A stretch of DNA of 64,000 bases from an archaeon (GTDB taxonomy: Archaea; Aenigmatarchaeota; Aenigmatarchaeia; QMZP01; JAFGSV01). Position numbers and translations under genes: made by a program. Below the pieces are notes generated by a model that saw only the letters and a program-made list of their open reading frames with translations, had not been told where the DNA came from and did not search any database. Every line of letters starts with the position of its first letter. The first letter of the stretch is position 1. Of the stretch, positions 49,017 through 59,187 are shown in pieces. The DNA is taken from positions 2,688 to 66,687 of the forward strand of contig JANQNF010000005.1 in the NCBI GenBank assembly GCA_028279705.1. Direction: 5' to 3'.

Positions 49017-50516
49017 ATGGCTTTAAGCACATTTACCTTCAATCTTTCCAATGCCAATCTTCGATACGAAGTATTGGACGGGAAGGAATACCTTGTAGCA
49101 CCTATGGCGATGTTAACCGTAGGTGTCCACAATGGCAGTCAAGGACCTCTGATGTATACAGAGGCAGAACTTTCCAAAGCACCATCGGTGTGGAACATGA
49201 AACCAATTGTGGTTTACCACCCGGAACGAGATGGAAAGGGAATATCAGCCTGTGATCAGGTCATCATCAACAATCGCGGGATTGGTCTGGTGATGAACGC
49301 CAAGTTCGACGGTAAACTTCGTGCCGAAGCTTGGTTGGATGTGAACAAAATGAAGCAGGTTGATGAACGGGTTCTTGTTGCCGTATTGAACAATCAGATG
49401 ATGGAAGTATCTACTGGCCTGTTCAGAGACGAGGATTCCACACCTGGGAAATTTGGCGGGAAGCAATTTGTAGGACACGCCCGGAATATCAAACCGGACC
49501 ACCTTGCTATCCTCCCAGACAAGATTGGAGCATGTTCCATCGCAGATGGAGCAGGACTACTTCAATTGAATGAGTTGGTTGAGAACGCTGAAAGATATGC
49601 GATCAACGCTGAAAGACAACTGGAAACAGCGTTCAGACAAGCCTTGCGGAGGAGTGGGCTTGTTGATAACCAGATGTCTCACGGTAATATCCGTTCAGCC
49701 TTAGCAATGGCTGTTCGGGAGCGTTACACGGACGAGACGTGGATTGAAGATGTCTACGACGATTTTATAATTGTTGAAAACGACGGCGATCTGCTACGAG
49801 TGGATTATTCAGCAGAAGAAACAGCCGTCACGTTAAGTAGCGAGCAACCGGAGAAGGTTGTTCGAGTTACTGAGTACAGAACTGTTGACGGTGCCTTCGT
49901 TGGCAACTCAACAAACGATCCCCCTAACCCAAAGGAGAAAGACATGGGTAAGGAACAGTTGGTAGAAGACCTCATTGCCAACGAAGGGACCAAGTGGACT
50001 GAAGATCACCGGGAGTTCCTGATGGAGACCGATGAAAGTTTGCTTGATAACTTCATTCCTGTGGTCAAGAACGATTCTACCGAACCTTCAAAGAAGCCGG
50101 AAGAAACCGTTGAGGATTCGCCTGCGAACAACAACGAACCGACCGGCCAAGAAGAACCGAAAGTTGTTTCGCTGAATGAGTACATTGAAGGTGCTCCAGT
50201 TGAACTGCAAGACGTTCTACGAAACGGTATCGAAGCTCACCAAAACGAAAAGGAAGCTTTGATCGCCAAGATCACTGCGAACAAGAAGAACAAGTTCGCC
50301 GCTGATACGTTGCAGAACATGGCAATCGCAGACCTCCGCAACCTCGCCCTGTTGGCTGAGGACGAAGAGGAAGGCGGACAAGGTCGTCCTAACTACGCTG
50401 GCCAAGCTGGTTCCACACCTGCGGCCAACCAACAGGACTCGTCCATGCCCGGAGCTATCGTGGACAACGAAGAGCCTTTGAAAATGCCCGAACTGACGTT
50501 TGGCTCCAAGTCGTAA
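49017..50516 (+). CDS. Prohead protease/scaffold (DUF2213-type)
   Basis: PIVVYHP, EVSTG, DHLAILPDKIGACS; acidic scaffold-like C-terminus. Confidence 0.85.
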   Translation: MALSTFTFNLSNANLRYEVLDGKEYLVAPMAMLTVGVHNGSQGPLMYTEAELSKAPSVWNMKPIVVYHPERDGKGISACDQVIINNRGIGLVMNAKFDGKLRAEAWLDVNKMKQVDERVLVAVLNNQMMEVSTGLFRDEDSTPGKFGGKQFVGHARNIKPDHLAILPDKIGACSIADGAGLLQLNELVENAERYAINAERQLETAFRQALRRSGLVDNQMSHGNIRSALAMAVRERYTDETWIEDVYDDFIIVENDGDLLRVDYSAEETAVTLSSEQPEKVVRVTEYRTVDGAFVGNSTNDPPNPKEKDMGKEQLVEDLIANEGTKWTEDHREFLMETDESLLDNFIPVVKNDSTEPSKKPEETVEDSPANNNEPTGQEEPKVVSLNEYIEGAPVELQDVLRNGIEAHQNEKEALIAKITANKKNKFAADTLQNMAIADLRNLALLAEDEEEGGQGRPNYAGQAGSTPAANQQDSSMPGAIVDNEEPLKMPELTFGSKS

Positions 50517-50570
50517 CAGCCATTCCGGTTGTATTAAATTCCAAAGCCATGATATAAGGAGTTACTCTAA

Positions 50571-51020
50571 ATGGCTGACAACAGAAGAATCGTCCTGCGA
50601 GGCCGTGACGAAGGTTACGGAGAAGGTCGCTGCGATGAGGCTATGAGCCCTGGGATGGCAATTGAATTGGCTGCCGATGGTGATTATGACCAAGTGCAAG
50701 CCACTCAAGCTGAAGCATTGAAGGGTGTCGCTGGCCTGATTATCCTCATCGAAGATTCGATGCAAGGAAAAACGGTTGATGACGCTTACGCTGCTGACGA
50801 CGTCATCTTTTTCTATCACCCGGTAAACGGTGAAATCATCAACATCCTGGTCAAGTCAGGTGAAGCGATTGCGGTCGGTGACACCCTTGTGGTGGAAGCC
50901 GCCGGTTCCGGTTTGTTCGTTGAAGCCGCCGGTACTGAAACCCGCTACTGCTTCGAAGCAATGGAAGGACCAGGAACACTTGCCGCCAACGATCACGTGA
51001 AGTGCCGTTGCGTCTGGTAA
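50571..51020 (+). CDS. Head decoration/cement protein
   Basis: Between scaffold and MCP; SPGM...IAVGD.L...G.G pattern. Confidence 0.7.
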   Translation: MADNRRIVLRGRDEGYGEGRCDEAMSPGMAIELAADGDYDQVQATQAEALKGVAGLIILIEDSMQGKTVDDAYAADDVIFFYHPVNGEIINILVKSGEAIAVGDTLVVEAAGSGLFVEAAGTETRYCFEAMEGPGTLAANDHVKCRCVW

Positions 51021-51066
51021 CCTGTGATTCCGTCATTTCCAATCACACACTACAAGGAAAGGTGAA

Positions 51067-52137
51067 ATGGACTATATCTTGAATGGTCAAGGTTATGGGG
51101 GAGTCGCCCAGACTTTGATGAACAGCGGCTTTGACGTGAACGCACTGCGTCCGTGGAAGTCCAATGAGTGGGATCCTGAGGATCCTAATACTGACCAAAG
51201 AACGTTCCAGACTGTGACTCGTAACGGTAAACCACAAACGATCGTTACGAACGCGCCTGCAACGTTGAGAAAGGACGAGTGGAAACAACTCGACGAGGCA
51301 ATCGTTGAAGCCGCTCAGAAAGAAATGCGTGCCTATGGTGACTTGCTTGCCAACGGCTTGACCTATACCATCCCGAACGGACTTGGAAAGACCGTACTGG
51401 AAACGGAACGTCAAAGCGACCTGACCGATGCTGAAATGAGCATGGACGGTATCCGACGATCGGATGCGGACCGACCTCACTTCGACTTGGTCAACTTGCC
51501 CCTTCCGATTACCCACAAGGATTTCCACTTCACCGCTCGCCAACTTGCAACGTCCCGCGAACGCGGTGCGCCGCTGGATACGTCCACGGCTTCCCTCGCT
51601 GGTCGTAAGGTTGCTGAGTCCATTGAGAAACTGTATCTCGGTGAACTTTCCACCTACGCTTTCGGCGGCGGAACCATCTCGGGTCTGACGAACTTTGCCA
51701 GCCGATTGACCAAGACGCTGACTGCACCAACTTCGGCCAATCACGCTGTGACTGTGAACGAAGTCCTGGACATGCGTGATCTGGCCTACTTGGATAATCA
51801 CTACGGTCCGTTCATGCTTTACTGCTCTCCCGGCTGGGACCAGTACATGGACGAGGACTACTCCACGGCGAAGGGAAGCAACACCCTGCGAGAACGGCTG
51901 AAAGCCATTGACCAAATCCAGGATGTGCGAACCTTGCACTTCCTCAGTGACACTACGTTGCTGCTGGTCCAAATGACTTCGGACATTGTTCGTGCCGTTC
52001 GTGGTATGTCAATCACCACCGTCCAATGGCCAACGGAAGGTGGAATGATGCTGAACTACAAAGTCATGGCCATCGAGGTTCCACAACTTCGGGCAGACTT
52101 CAACAGTAACACTGGTATCGTCCACGGTTCTGTCTAA
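51067..52137 (+). CDS. Major capsid protein (HK97 fold, linocin/encapsulin-like)
   Basis: LRKDEWKQLDEA, LPLPITHKDF, PLDT...AGRKVAE..E, GPFMLY. Confidence 0.88.
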   Translation: MDYILNGQGYGGVAQTLMNSGFDVNALRPWKSNEWDPEDPNTDQRTFQTVTRNGKPQTIVTNAPATLRKDEWKQLDEAIVEAAQKEMRAYGDLLANGLTYTIPNGLGKTVLETERQSDLTDAEMSMDGIRRSDADRPHFDLVNLPLPITHKDFHFTARQLATSRERGAPLDTSTASLAGRKVAESIEKLYLGELSTYAFGGGTISGLTNFASRLTKTLTAPTSANHAVTVNEVLDMRDLAYLDNHYGPFMLYCSPGWDQYMDEDYSTAKGSNTLRERLKAIDQIQDVRTLHFLSDTTLLLVQMTSDIVRAVRGMSITTVQWPTEGGMMLNYKVMAIEVPQLRADFNSNTGIVHGSV

Positions 52138-52170
52138 CCAACAGTTGGACATTAGCTAAAGGAGATTACC

Positions 52171-52578
52171 ATGAGTAGATCTGTTCAAGAACCTGCATCC
52201 CATTCTCCGTTTAAGAATTGGGCGTTCGATAACGCTACGTTCGTCATCGGGGCTGAAGCTGCCAACGTAATTAACGTAGGTATTCAACTCCGATACGGTG
52301 GCGCTGACATCGCAGAACGTTCTGCGGTGCGAATGTATCTTTCAGACGATGCGAATGGGGATTCAATTTCCGCTGCCCCTGATTCAGTAGCAATCGGGAC
52401 CGACGGGGTCATCATTGATCCTTATGCAGCAAGCCAGAGTTTCATGGCAGTATCCGAGTCGGACGGGGATATCGACATTGATATCACCGAAGCTGGTGGT
52501 GCTGACACGTTCTATCTGGTCGTTATCCTACCGGACGGAAGTCTGGTGGTGAGTAGCGCAATTACATTCGCTGCCTAA
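52171..52578 (+). CDS. Hypothetical structural protein
   Basis: AAGGAG RBS; follows the MCP. Confidence 0.6.
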   Translation: MSRSVQEPASHSPFKNWAFDNATFVIGAEAANVINVGIQLRYGGADIAERSAVRMYLSDDANGDSISAAPDSVAIGTDGVIIDPYAASQSFMAVSESDGDIDIDITEAGGADTFYLVVILPDGSLVVSSAITFAA

Positions 52579-52600
52579 TCCGCGCTGGTCGCACGGGCTT

Positions 52601-52640
52601 GGGGGACTGGGCCGAGCTGGAGTTCAGTCCCCCTTCATTT
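52601..52640 (+). terminator. Probable terminator after the capsid genes
   Basis: GGGGACTG...CAGTCCCC stem followed by TTCATTT. Confidence 0.6.
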
Positions 52641-52657
52641 CATAAGGAGCCTATCAA

Positions 52658-53017
52658 ATGGCAAAGAAAGAAGCGACAACGGCTGTAGCTGACAAAGCTG
52701 CTCCTGTGTCCAAAACCAAAGCGTATCGGCTTGTGGAAGGAGCCGGAGCGCATAAAGAACTTGACGGAACTGTTTTCCGTCGAGGAGAAGTCATCGAGTC
52801 GGAAGAAAACCTTGTTGAAAAGTACAAGGGAAAATTCGTCGAGGTTGATTCCCAGGCTTGGAACGATGCTCTGGAAGCTGCTGCTGCCAAGCACGTTGAA
52901 AAAGAAAAAGCACGTGAAAAAGCAGCCGCTGATGCTGCCAAAGAACGAGCTCAGCGCGAAGCCGGCGGAAGTAAGCCAGCTACCACGAACAAGCCCAATG
53001 TGGGAAGTGGATCCTAA
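52658..53017 (+). CDS. Hypothetical protein
   Basis: AAGGAG RBS; Ala/Lys/Glu-rich. Confidence 0.65.
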   Translation: MAKKEATTAVADKAAPVSKTKAYRLVEGAGAHKELDGTVFRRGEVIESEENLVEKYKGKFVEVDSQAWNDALEAAAAKHVEKEKAREKAAADAAKERAQREAGGSKPATTNKPNVGSGS

Positions 53018-53047
53018 TTCAATTCGCCTGATTGCAGGAGTTGGGTC

Positions 53048-53470
53048 ATGGGTAGGACAACGTACCTAGCGGTAAGTAAGATCACTAAGATCAATACCAG
53101 TATTACTACGGATGCAGCTCCGTTCATAGAAGCGGCTAACTTCCTGGTGACTAAACTGTGTTCCACTGCCACCGACGAAGACGGTGACCTATACCATGAC
53201 GCGACTTCCCTAGAACTTGTTGAACGTTGGCTCGCTGCTCACTTCTATCGTATCCGCGACCCGGAAGCTGATACGAAGAAAGCCGGGCCTGTCACAAAGA
53301 AGGACCAGTACAAAGTGGACCTAGCCCTAGACCAGACCCGATACGGTCAACAAGCAATGGCAATCGACATCAGCGGAGAATTGGCTTCCTGGAATGAGGA
53401 CGTCAAAAGCGGCGATGCTGGTAAGGAAGCCATATTCCACTGGATTGGTACTGACCCGGATGATCTGTAA
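53048..53470 (+). CDS. Head-tail adaptor
   Basis: ERWLAAHF...TRYGQQA motif; synteny. Confidence 0.75.
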   Translation: MGRTTYLAVSKITKINTSITTDAAPFIEAANFLVTKLCSTATDEDGDLYHDATSLELVERWLAAHFYRIRDPEADTKKAGPVTKKDQYKVDLALDQTRYGQQAMAIDISGELASWNEDVKSGDAGKEAIFHWIGTDPDDL

Positions 53471-53832
53471 TGGTGGAAATAAAACTACCGCTGATGGACA
53501 TTCCCAACAGGGATCAGAAAGCTACGTGGTGGCAAAAGAAGTCTGTCACACAAGGCGGACAGTTCACCTATGAGAATCCTGTCGAAATAGATTGCAGGTG
53601 GGACGATGAGATTATGGAGTTCGTGGATGCCAACAACACCAAGCAATTCAGCAAGGCTGTTGTTTATCCTGACCGTTACATGGAAAACGGTGATATCCTA
53701 ATTTTGAAAGCTCCCCACTTGCTAGACTTCCCCAACGATCCTAAAAAGAACCTGGGATACAGCGAGATACGGAATTTCCAACAGATCCCAGACTACGATC
53801 AGGGTGAAGTCCTGTTCATAGCGATGCTGTAA
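53470..53832 (+). CDS. Head closure/stopper protein
   Basis: Synteny; PVEIDCRW. Confidence 0.65.
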   Translation: MVEIKLPLMDIPNRDQKATWWQKKSVTQGGQFTYENPVEIDCRWDDEIMEFVDANNTKQFSKAVVYPDRYMENGDILILKAPHLLDFPNDPKKNLGYSEIRNFQQIPDYDQGEVLFIAML

Positions 53833-54206
53833 TGGCTAAGACCAAATCATTCGTAGAAGTTCTTAACGTCGGTAAGATTAAGAAGCAACTACGTGACCAG
53901 GAAGTCAAATGGTCAAAGCAAAAACTGGCAAAGGGAATGAAAGCCGGTGCCGAGTACCTCAAGGAAAGAAGTCAGGAAGTTGTTCCAATTGCTTCAGGCA
54001 CGCTACACGACAGCGCTTTCACAAGAGTTGAACCAGACTTCCTAGATGTTATTGTTGGTTACACCGCTCACTACGCTGTATTCGTGCACGAAATGCCGCA
54101 GAGTTCTATCAAGGTAAAAGGCAGACGGGCCAAGTTCCTTGAAGAACCTGCAAGAAAACACAAACGACAAATTGCTAAGATCGTTGCGAAGAAGGCACAG
54201 GAATGA
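53832..54206 (+). CDS. HK97 gp10-like neck protein
   Basis: VPIASGTLHDS, VGYTAHYAVFVHE, AKFLE. Confidence 0.8.
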   Translation: MAKTKSFVEVLNVGKIKKQLRDQEVKWSKQKLAKGMKAGAEYLKERSQEVVPIASGTLHDSAFTRVEPDFLDVIVGYTAHYAVFVHEMPQSSIKVKGRRAKFLEEPARKHKRQIAKIVAKKAQE

Positions 54207-54664
54207 TCCACAGCCCTGCTCAAATCTTAGCCCAACACCTGATTGATCAGGGGATAGGGACTACTCACACTACGACCAGCGACTGGTCAGTGTTTGTGGA
54301 CCATGCTCCAACCCCTGATGACCTTGTGCCAAAGAAGATAATTTCTGTCATCAACCAGACTGCAATCATCCAAGGAAGATACCACAGCAACCGATCAGGG
54401 CAGCAAGGGAAGACAGTAAAGCAAGAAGGGATCCAGTGCGTCATACGATCAGACGATCCCAATGATGCTTGGACCAAGGCTAACGACATAGCAAATAGGT
54501 TTGACGCCATCCTAAGGACCAACGTGACGGTTGAAAAGAGAGATTATCTGGTCCAAAGCGTCACTCTGGTGACTTCAATTGTTTCACTTGGAGAAGACCC
54601 AGAACTGCGGTTGCGTAACTTTTCATTGAACGCAACTGCATCCATTAGACAGAAACCAATATAG
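54203..54664 (+). CDS. Tail terminator protein
   Basis: Synteny; IQCVIRS...LGED...FSLN. Confidence 0.7.
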   Translation: MIHSPAQILAQHLIDQGIGTTHTTTSDWSVFVDHAPTPDDLVPKKIISVINQTAIIQGRYHSNRSGQQGKTVKQEGIQCVIRSDDPNDAWTKANDIANRFDAILRTNVTVEKRDYLVQSVTLVTSIVSLGEDPELRLRNFSLNATASIRQKPI

Positions 54665-54687
54665 AACATTACTGAAAGGAGAAGTCC

Positions 54688-55110
54688 ATGGCTATCATGG
54701 AAGACGGATTTAGTACAATCATAGCTTTTCCGTCGCACCCATCTGTCGCATTTGAAGAAAAGACCGTAACTCCACCTGGAGTTTCGGGTGGTGGTCAGAA
54801 CGACGTCACCACGATGCGGAATACGACCTGGCGCACGATGGCTCCCAAGAAGCTGAAGACCTTAACGGAATCCACCTTCGAAGCTGCCTACGATCCAGCC
54901 GTTTTCGATGACATCGTGGCGATGGTCAATGACAATCAGTTGATCACGATTACGTTCCCGGATGCTTCGACGCTGGCCTTTTATGGCTGGCTTGATGATT
55001 TCATCCCGAACGCTAACGAGGAAGGAAGTCAGCCCACGGCTAACTGCACCATCCAGATCAGTAACAGAACCGACGCTGGTGTTGAAACAGCACCCGTCTA
55101 CACCCCATAA
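54688..55110 (+). CDS. Major tail tube protein
   Basis: TPPG...DVTT...ITITFPD...FYGW pattern; AAGGAG RBS. Confidence 0.75.
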   Translation: MAIMEDGFSTIIAFPSHPSVAFEEKTVTPPGVSGGGQNDVTTMRNTTWRTMAPKKLKTLTESTFEAAYDPAVFDDIVAMVNDNQLITITFPDASTLAFYGWLDDFIPNANEEGSQPTANCTIQISNRTDAGVETAPVYTP

Positions 55111-55127
55111 TTGAAGGAGTCTAATAA

Positions 55128-55634
55128 ATGGCTGTAACCCTAACACTTGGTTACCACCTTCAATTCCTGCAAAGGAAGGTTGTAGAAGGTGCTAACGTTG
55201 ACGCCGAGCCGAGGTTTGACCAAAACCTGACACTAGAGTCAGGGACGGTCGTCAATGAACAGGACTTGTTGTGGTATGACATCGGCCGGACACTAGCTGC
55301 ATCGGCCAGTGAGAACCTGGACTTAGCAGGATCTCTCAGTGATCCATTCGGCGACACCATCACGATGGCGAAGCTGAAAGGTATTTACATCCACAACAAG
55401 AACACAACTGCTGGTGACGTTCTACAGTTTGGAAACAATGCGGCCCACGTCCCACTGTTCAGCGCAGTAACTACTTCGTTTGATATTGGACCTGGAGCTA
55501 CGTTCTTCTGGCTTGATCCATCACTGGCTGGAGTGACTGTCACCGCTGGAACAGGGGATATCATATCCCTTGCCGAAACCGGTGCTGCAAACACACTAAC
55601 GTTTGACATCGCTATCTGGGGCACGTCCGCATAG
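55128..55634 (+). CDS. Hypothetical structural protein
   Basis: Beta-rich, in the tail module. Confidence 0.6.
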   Translation: MAVTLTLGYHLQFLQRKVVEGANVDAEPRFDQNLTLESGTVVNEQDLLWYDIGRTLAASASENLDLAGSLSDPFGDTITMAKLKGIYIHNKNTTAGDVLQFGNNAAHVPLFSAVTTSFDIGPGATFFWLDPSLAGVTVTAGTGDIISLAETGAANTLTFDIAIWGTSA

Positions 55635-55644
55635 TGATTTACCT

Positions 55645-55700
55645 AGCCGCACCTGCACCGGGTCGTAGACCTCCCGGTGTGGGAGCGCGGCTATTATTTT
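55645..55700 (+). terminator. Long GC-rich hairpin (probable terminator/attenuator)
   Basis: TAGCCGC...CACCGGG / CCCGGTG...GCGGCTA followed by TTATTTT. Confidence 0.55.
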
Positions 55701-55741
55701 GGTTGTACCTTCTCCCCAGAAGGTAATTGGAAGGAGTTGAA

Positions 55742-56128
55742 ATGAACGACGTAGCAACTGAACAGGAAGAAGTACTTGAGTTTTCTCTAGTACTCGAAGA
55801 AAAGAAAATTCGCCTGTTTGATGAAAACAAGGAACCACAAGATTTTATCTTGCGGGAACTTACTGGCAAAGAACGAGACAAGTGGATGACCAGTATGGCC
55901 ACTAAGGTCAGCATCGGTAAAGAATCCTCAGTCTCCAACTTTGACGGTATCCAAGCTAACCTGTTAGCCCTCGCCATGCGGTACTCTGGAGGGGAAAGAT
56001 CAGGTGAGGCGCTTTCAGTCACAACGATCCAAAGCTGGCCATCCAAAGTTCAAACCGAACTATTCAAACTGTGTCAAGAAATGTCTGGTCTCGGTGAAGA
56101 TGCAGATGAGAAGGAGGGGGAAGACTAA
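55742..56128 (+). CDS. Tail assembly chaperone (gpG-like)
   Basis: LRELTGKERD; position before the tape measure; GGGGGAA just before the stop. Confidence 0.8.
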   Translation: MNDVATEQEEVLEFSLVLEEKKIRLFDENKEPQDFILRELTGKERDKWMTSMATKVSIGKESSVSNFDGIQANLLALAMRYSGGERSGEALSVTTIQSWPSKVQTELFKLCQEMSGLGEDADEKEGED

Positions 56129-56481
56129 AAGGGGAGGAAGGTTTTTGGTATGACCTTGCTTCCCACCTTAAGATGTCCCCTCAACGTTGTAAGAGGGAAC
56201 ACACGTCCCGGGAGTTTGTTCGTTGGCGTATCTGGTTCAGTAAGAACATTGAAAAAGATACCAAGGAAGATTACCGGGCGGCATCAATTGTAGCTGAAAT
56301 AAGAAGAGGTCAAGTAAAGAATCCCAGAGCCGTTAAACTGGAAGACTGTTTGGTTAAAGTAGGTTACGAAGACGATAAGCGTAAAGGACCTACTTCAACC
56401 ATGTCACCTGAACAAAGGATAGCAGCTTCCAAGGCTAAGTGGTTAGGATTTGCTGGCCTGCAATTGAGTAAGGAAAGTTAG
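56119..56481 (+). CDS. Tail assembly chaperone -1 frameshift extension (gpGT-like)
   Basis: The -1 frame is open from the G-run: GRLKGEEGFWYDLASHLKMSP...SREFVRW. Confidence 0.7.
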   Translation, partial: GRLKGEEGFWYDLASHLKMSPQRCKREHTSREFVRWRIWFSKNIEKDTKEDYRAASIVAEIRRGQVKNPRAVKLEDCLVKVGYEDDKRKGPTSTMSPEQRIAASKAKWLGFAGLQLSKES

Positions 56482-59187
56482 ATGGCATTCGAACTTGAAA
56501 AGCTGATCATCCGCCTTCACGGGGATACCAAGCAGTTCAAGACTGAGATGCGTAAAGCTTCGCGCATCATGGACCAAGCTGCGGATTCCTTCGTAGCTGC
56601 TGGTAAGAGAATGACCATCGCCGTATCAGCTCCTCTAGTAGCTATCGGCGCTGCATCCACAAAAGCCTTTGCTGACTTCGATTCTAACATGACGAAGTCG
56701 GCTGCTATCATGCGTGGGCTTACAGGTGAGATGCGTCAGGATATGGAAGATCTGGCCACGGTCATGTCTGATCAAGGCATCCGGTCTGCTTCAGAATTGG
56801 CCGAGGCCTACTTCTTCCTGACATCTGCTGGTTTGAGTACTGAAGAGTCTTTGGCTGCTTTGCCATTGATGACTGAATTCTCAACCGCTGGTATGTTCAG
56901 TCTAGCCCATTCCACTGACTTGGTCACTGACGCCTTTTCAGCTTTGGGCTTCAAGACTGGAACCACAGCAGAGCAAATGGAAAAGATGCGTCGCGTAGCT
57001 GATACGCTTACTGAAGCTAACATGCTCGCGAATGCTACGGTTGAACAATTCTCCATCGCGCTTACCACGAGAGCGGGAGCCGCGATGAAAGCATATAATA
57101 TCGAGGTTGAGGAAGGAGTAGCCGTTCTAGCGGCTATGGCTGACCAAGGGGTTAAGGCTCAACGTGCTGGTACTGAGTTTGACCGCCTTTTGAGGTTGAT
57201 GGCTAAATCAACACTCAAGAATACTGAAGCCCACAGGAAGTACGGCTTTGCTGTATTTGATGAGACGACTGGTAAGATCCGCAAGATGGCAGACATTGTT
57301 GCCAACCTTGAACAGATTACATCCAAGTTGTCAGACACTCAACGTACAGCAGCGCTGGATGCTATGGGCTTCGATGCACGTGTCCAACAAGTGATTCTTC
57401 CACTGTTGGGAACCAGCGAGGCTATCCGTGAGTATCACTCTGAGATGGTTCGTATGCAGGATACGACCCGTGAAGTTTCTGAGAAACAATTAACTTCATT
57501 CGCATCTCAAATGAAGATCCTCCGGAACCAGATACAAAATACCGGAAGAGTTGTAGGGGAAGTTCTGGCCCCATTCCTACAACAACTTACCAAACTCTTA
57601 GCCGACGCAGGGAACGAGTTCCGTAAACTACCTAGATGGATCCAAACCGTATTCATAGCTCTAGGTGTGATCGTAGCTACTGTAGGTCCGCTCCTAGTTA
57701 TGTTGGGAGCTCTAGGAGGAATCATTGCAGGCGTATCAGCAGGACTCAATGTGCTGGCTGTAATCCTTGGTGGTCCTCTGGCCATAGCGTTCCGCACCGC
57801 TGCAATTGCTAACGCGCTATTTAATTCTTCTCTTCGTACTACTGCGGTTCTTCTAGCTGCTTTCGTAGCATTCAAAGTAGGGGAAAGAATCGGTAAGGAA
57901 CTGGCAGAAGCTTTCTTTGGAGCTGAAAGCGGTGCCCGTGCTTTACAGGATCGCATAGACAGACTCAAAGGATTGAACGTAGGTACTATCGCGTTCCAAG
58001 AACGTAACAACATGATAACCAAAACTAATTTGGACCAGATCAAAGACCTTGAAAGGAGAACTGTAGAATACGCAGAAGCAATCAAGTTGGCTGAAAGCAA
58101 CCTTAGAGGACTGGAGTCTAGAGCTAGTGGTACTGCAAGGATGATCGAAGACATGCAGACCTACCAAGGACCTCCGGGTGGTATCTTCTCCTTGCTAGGT
58201 TTGGAAGACTGGTTGGTTAAGACCACCAAACTCCACCGCACAACCGCCGACTTTGAAGCAGAACTTCAAGCACTTAACCAGCAAATCATAAGCCAACAAA
58301 CAGATGTTGAAGGGTTGAAGGATGAGTACTCGAGACTCCAAAATCAGTTGGCTATGCTCGAAGAGCTGATTGACCAAGAGTTGAAGGAAGACATAGAACA
58401 ACTGACCCTTCGTATGAAGGACCAGATTGCAACCTTTGGTATGTCTTCCAATGCTGCTGAAATCTATAGGTTGCAACAGCGAGAGGCTGGTAAGGCTGAT
58501 ATCTTACGACTGCAAGCCTTGAACCTGATGATCGAAGCCCAAGAACGAAATCAGAAAGCTATGGAGGATGCGGCTGAAAAGACCGCAATGATAAACAAGG
58601 AAGGCCGCGACCAAGTAAAACAAATGGAACAACAGGTAAGGTTCTTCCACCTTACAGCCCGACAAGCTCGTATTGCTGAACTCGCTGAAAAGGGAGTGCG
58701 TAGAAGCCGTATCGAAGCGATGAAGCAATTAGACAGAGAGCTAACTCTGTTGGAAAAACGTAAGCAACTAATGGAACGAGGTAAGCAACTCACCAAGCAG
58801 ATGCTGACCCCAACAGAACAGCTCAGAGCCCTACAACAAGAACTCAAGGAACTACTAGAAGCTGGAGCAATCAACTGGACTACCGCTGAACGAGCTGTGC
58901 GTGACTTCGTAGAAAACATGCAGGACGAAGAAATCAAACTCAAAGTTTCTGTAGAAGGTGTTGAAGCTGTTGAAGCTGGTTCAATCGAAGCCTTGACCCG
59001 TTTGCAAGGATTCCAAATCAATGCTCCTGGCGCTACTACAGGAACCGCAAGTAAGACTACAAATGTTAGCGACGACCCACAGTACAAAGAAACTATGAAG
59101 AACCTGTTTGAGTCTGTGGAAGAAGCCGTACAGGAAATGGTAGCTAACGGAACATTGTTAACTGTTGCTGGATTGTCGAGGTTCTAA
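56482..59187 (+). CDS. Tape measure protein (TP901-type core)
   Basis: 901 aa, Ala-rich helical; FADFDSNM, SASELAEA...SAG, MADQGVKAQRAGT. Confidence 0.92.
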   Translation: MAFELEKLIIRLHGDTKQFKTEMRKASRIMDQAADSFVAAGKRMTIAVSAPLVAIGAASTKAFADFDSNMTKSAAIMRGLTGEMRQDMEDLATVMSDQGIRSASELAEAYFFLTSAGLSTEESLAALPLMTEFSTAGMFSLAHSTDLVTDAFSALGFKTGTTAEQMEKMRRVADTLTEANMLANATVEQFSIALTTRAGAAMKAYNIEVEEGVAVLAAMADQGVKAQRAGTEFDRLLRLMAKSTLKNTEAHRKYGFAVFDETTGKIRKMADIVANLEQITSKLSDTQRTAALDAMGFDARVQQVILPLLGTSEAIREYHSEMVRMQDTTREVSEKQLTSFASQMKILRNQIQNTGRVVGEVLAPFLQQLTKLLADAGNEFRKLPRWIQTVFIALGVIVATVGPLLVMLGALGGIIAGVSAGLNVLAVILGGPLAIAFRTAAIANALFNSSLRTTAVLLAAFVAFKVGERIGKELAEAFFGAESGARALQDRIDRLKGLNVGTIAFQERNNMITKTNLDQIKDLERRTVEYAEAIKLAESNLRGLESRASGTARMIEDMQTYQGPPGGIFSLLGLEDWLVKTTKLHRTTADFEAELQALNQQIISQQTDVEGLKDEYSRLQNQLAMLEELIDQELKEDIEQLTLRMKDQIATFGMSSNAAEIYRLQQREAGKADILRLQALNLMIEAQERNQKAMEDAAEKTAMINKEGRDQVKQMEQQVRFFHLTARQARIAELAEKGVRRSRIEAMKQLDRELTLLEKRKQLMERGKQLTKQMLTPTEQLRALQQELKELLEAGAINWTTAERAVRDFVENMQDEEIKLKVSVEGVEAVEAGSIEALTRLQGFQINAPGATTGTASKTTNVSDDPQYKETMKNLFESVEEAVQEMVANGTLLTVAGLSRF

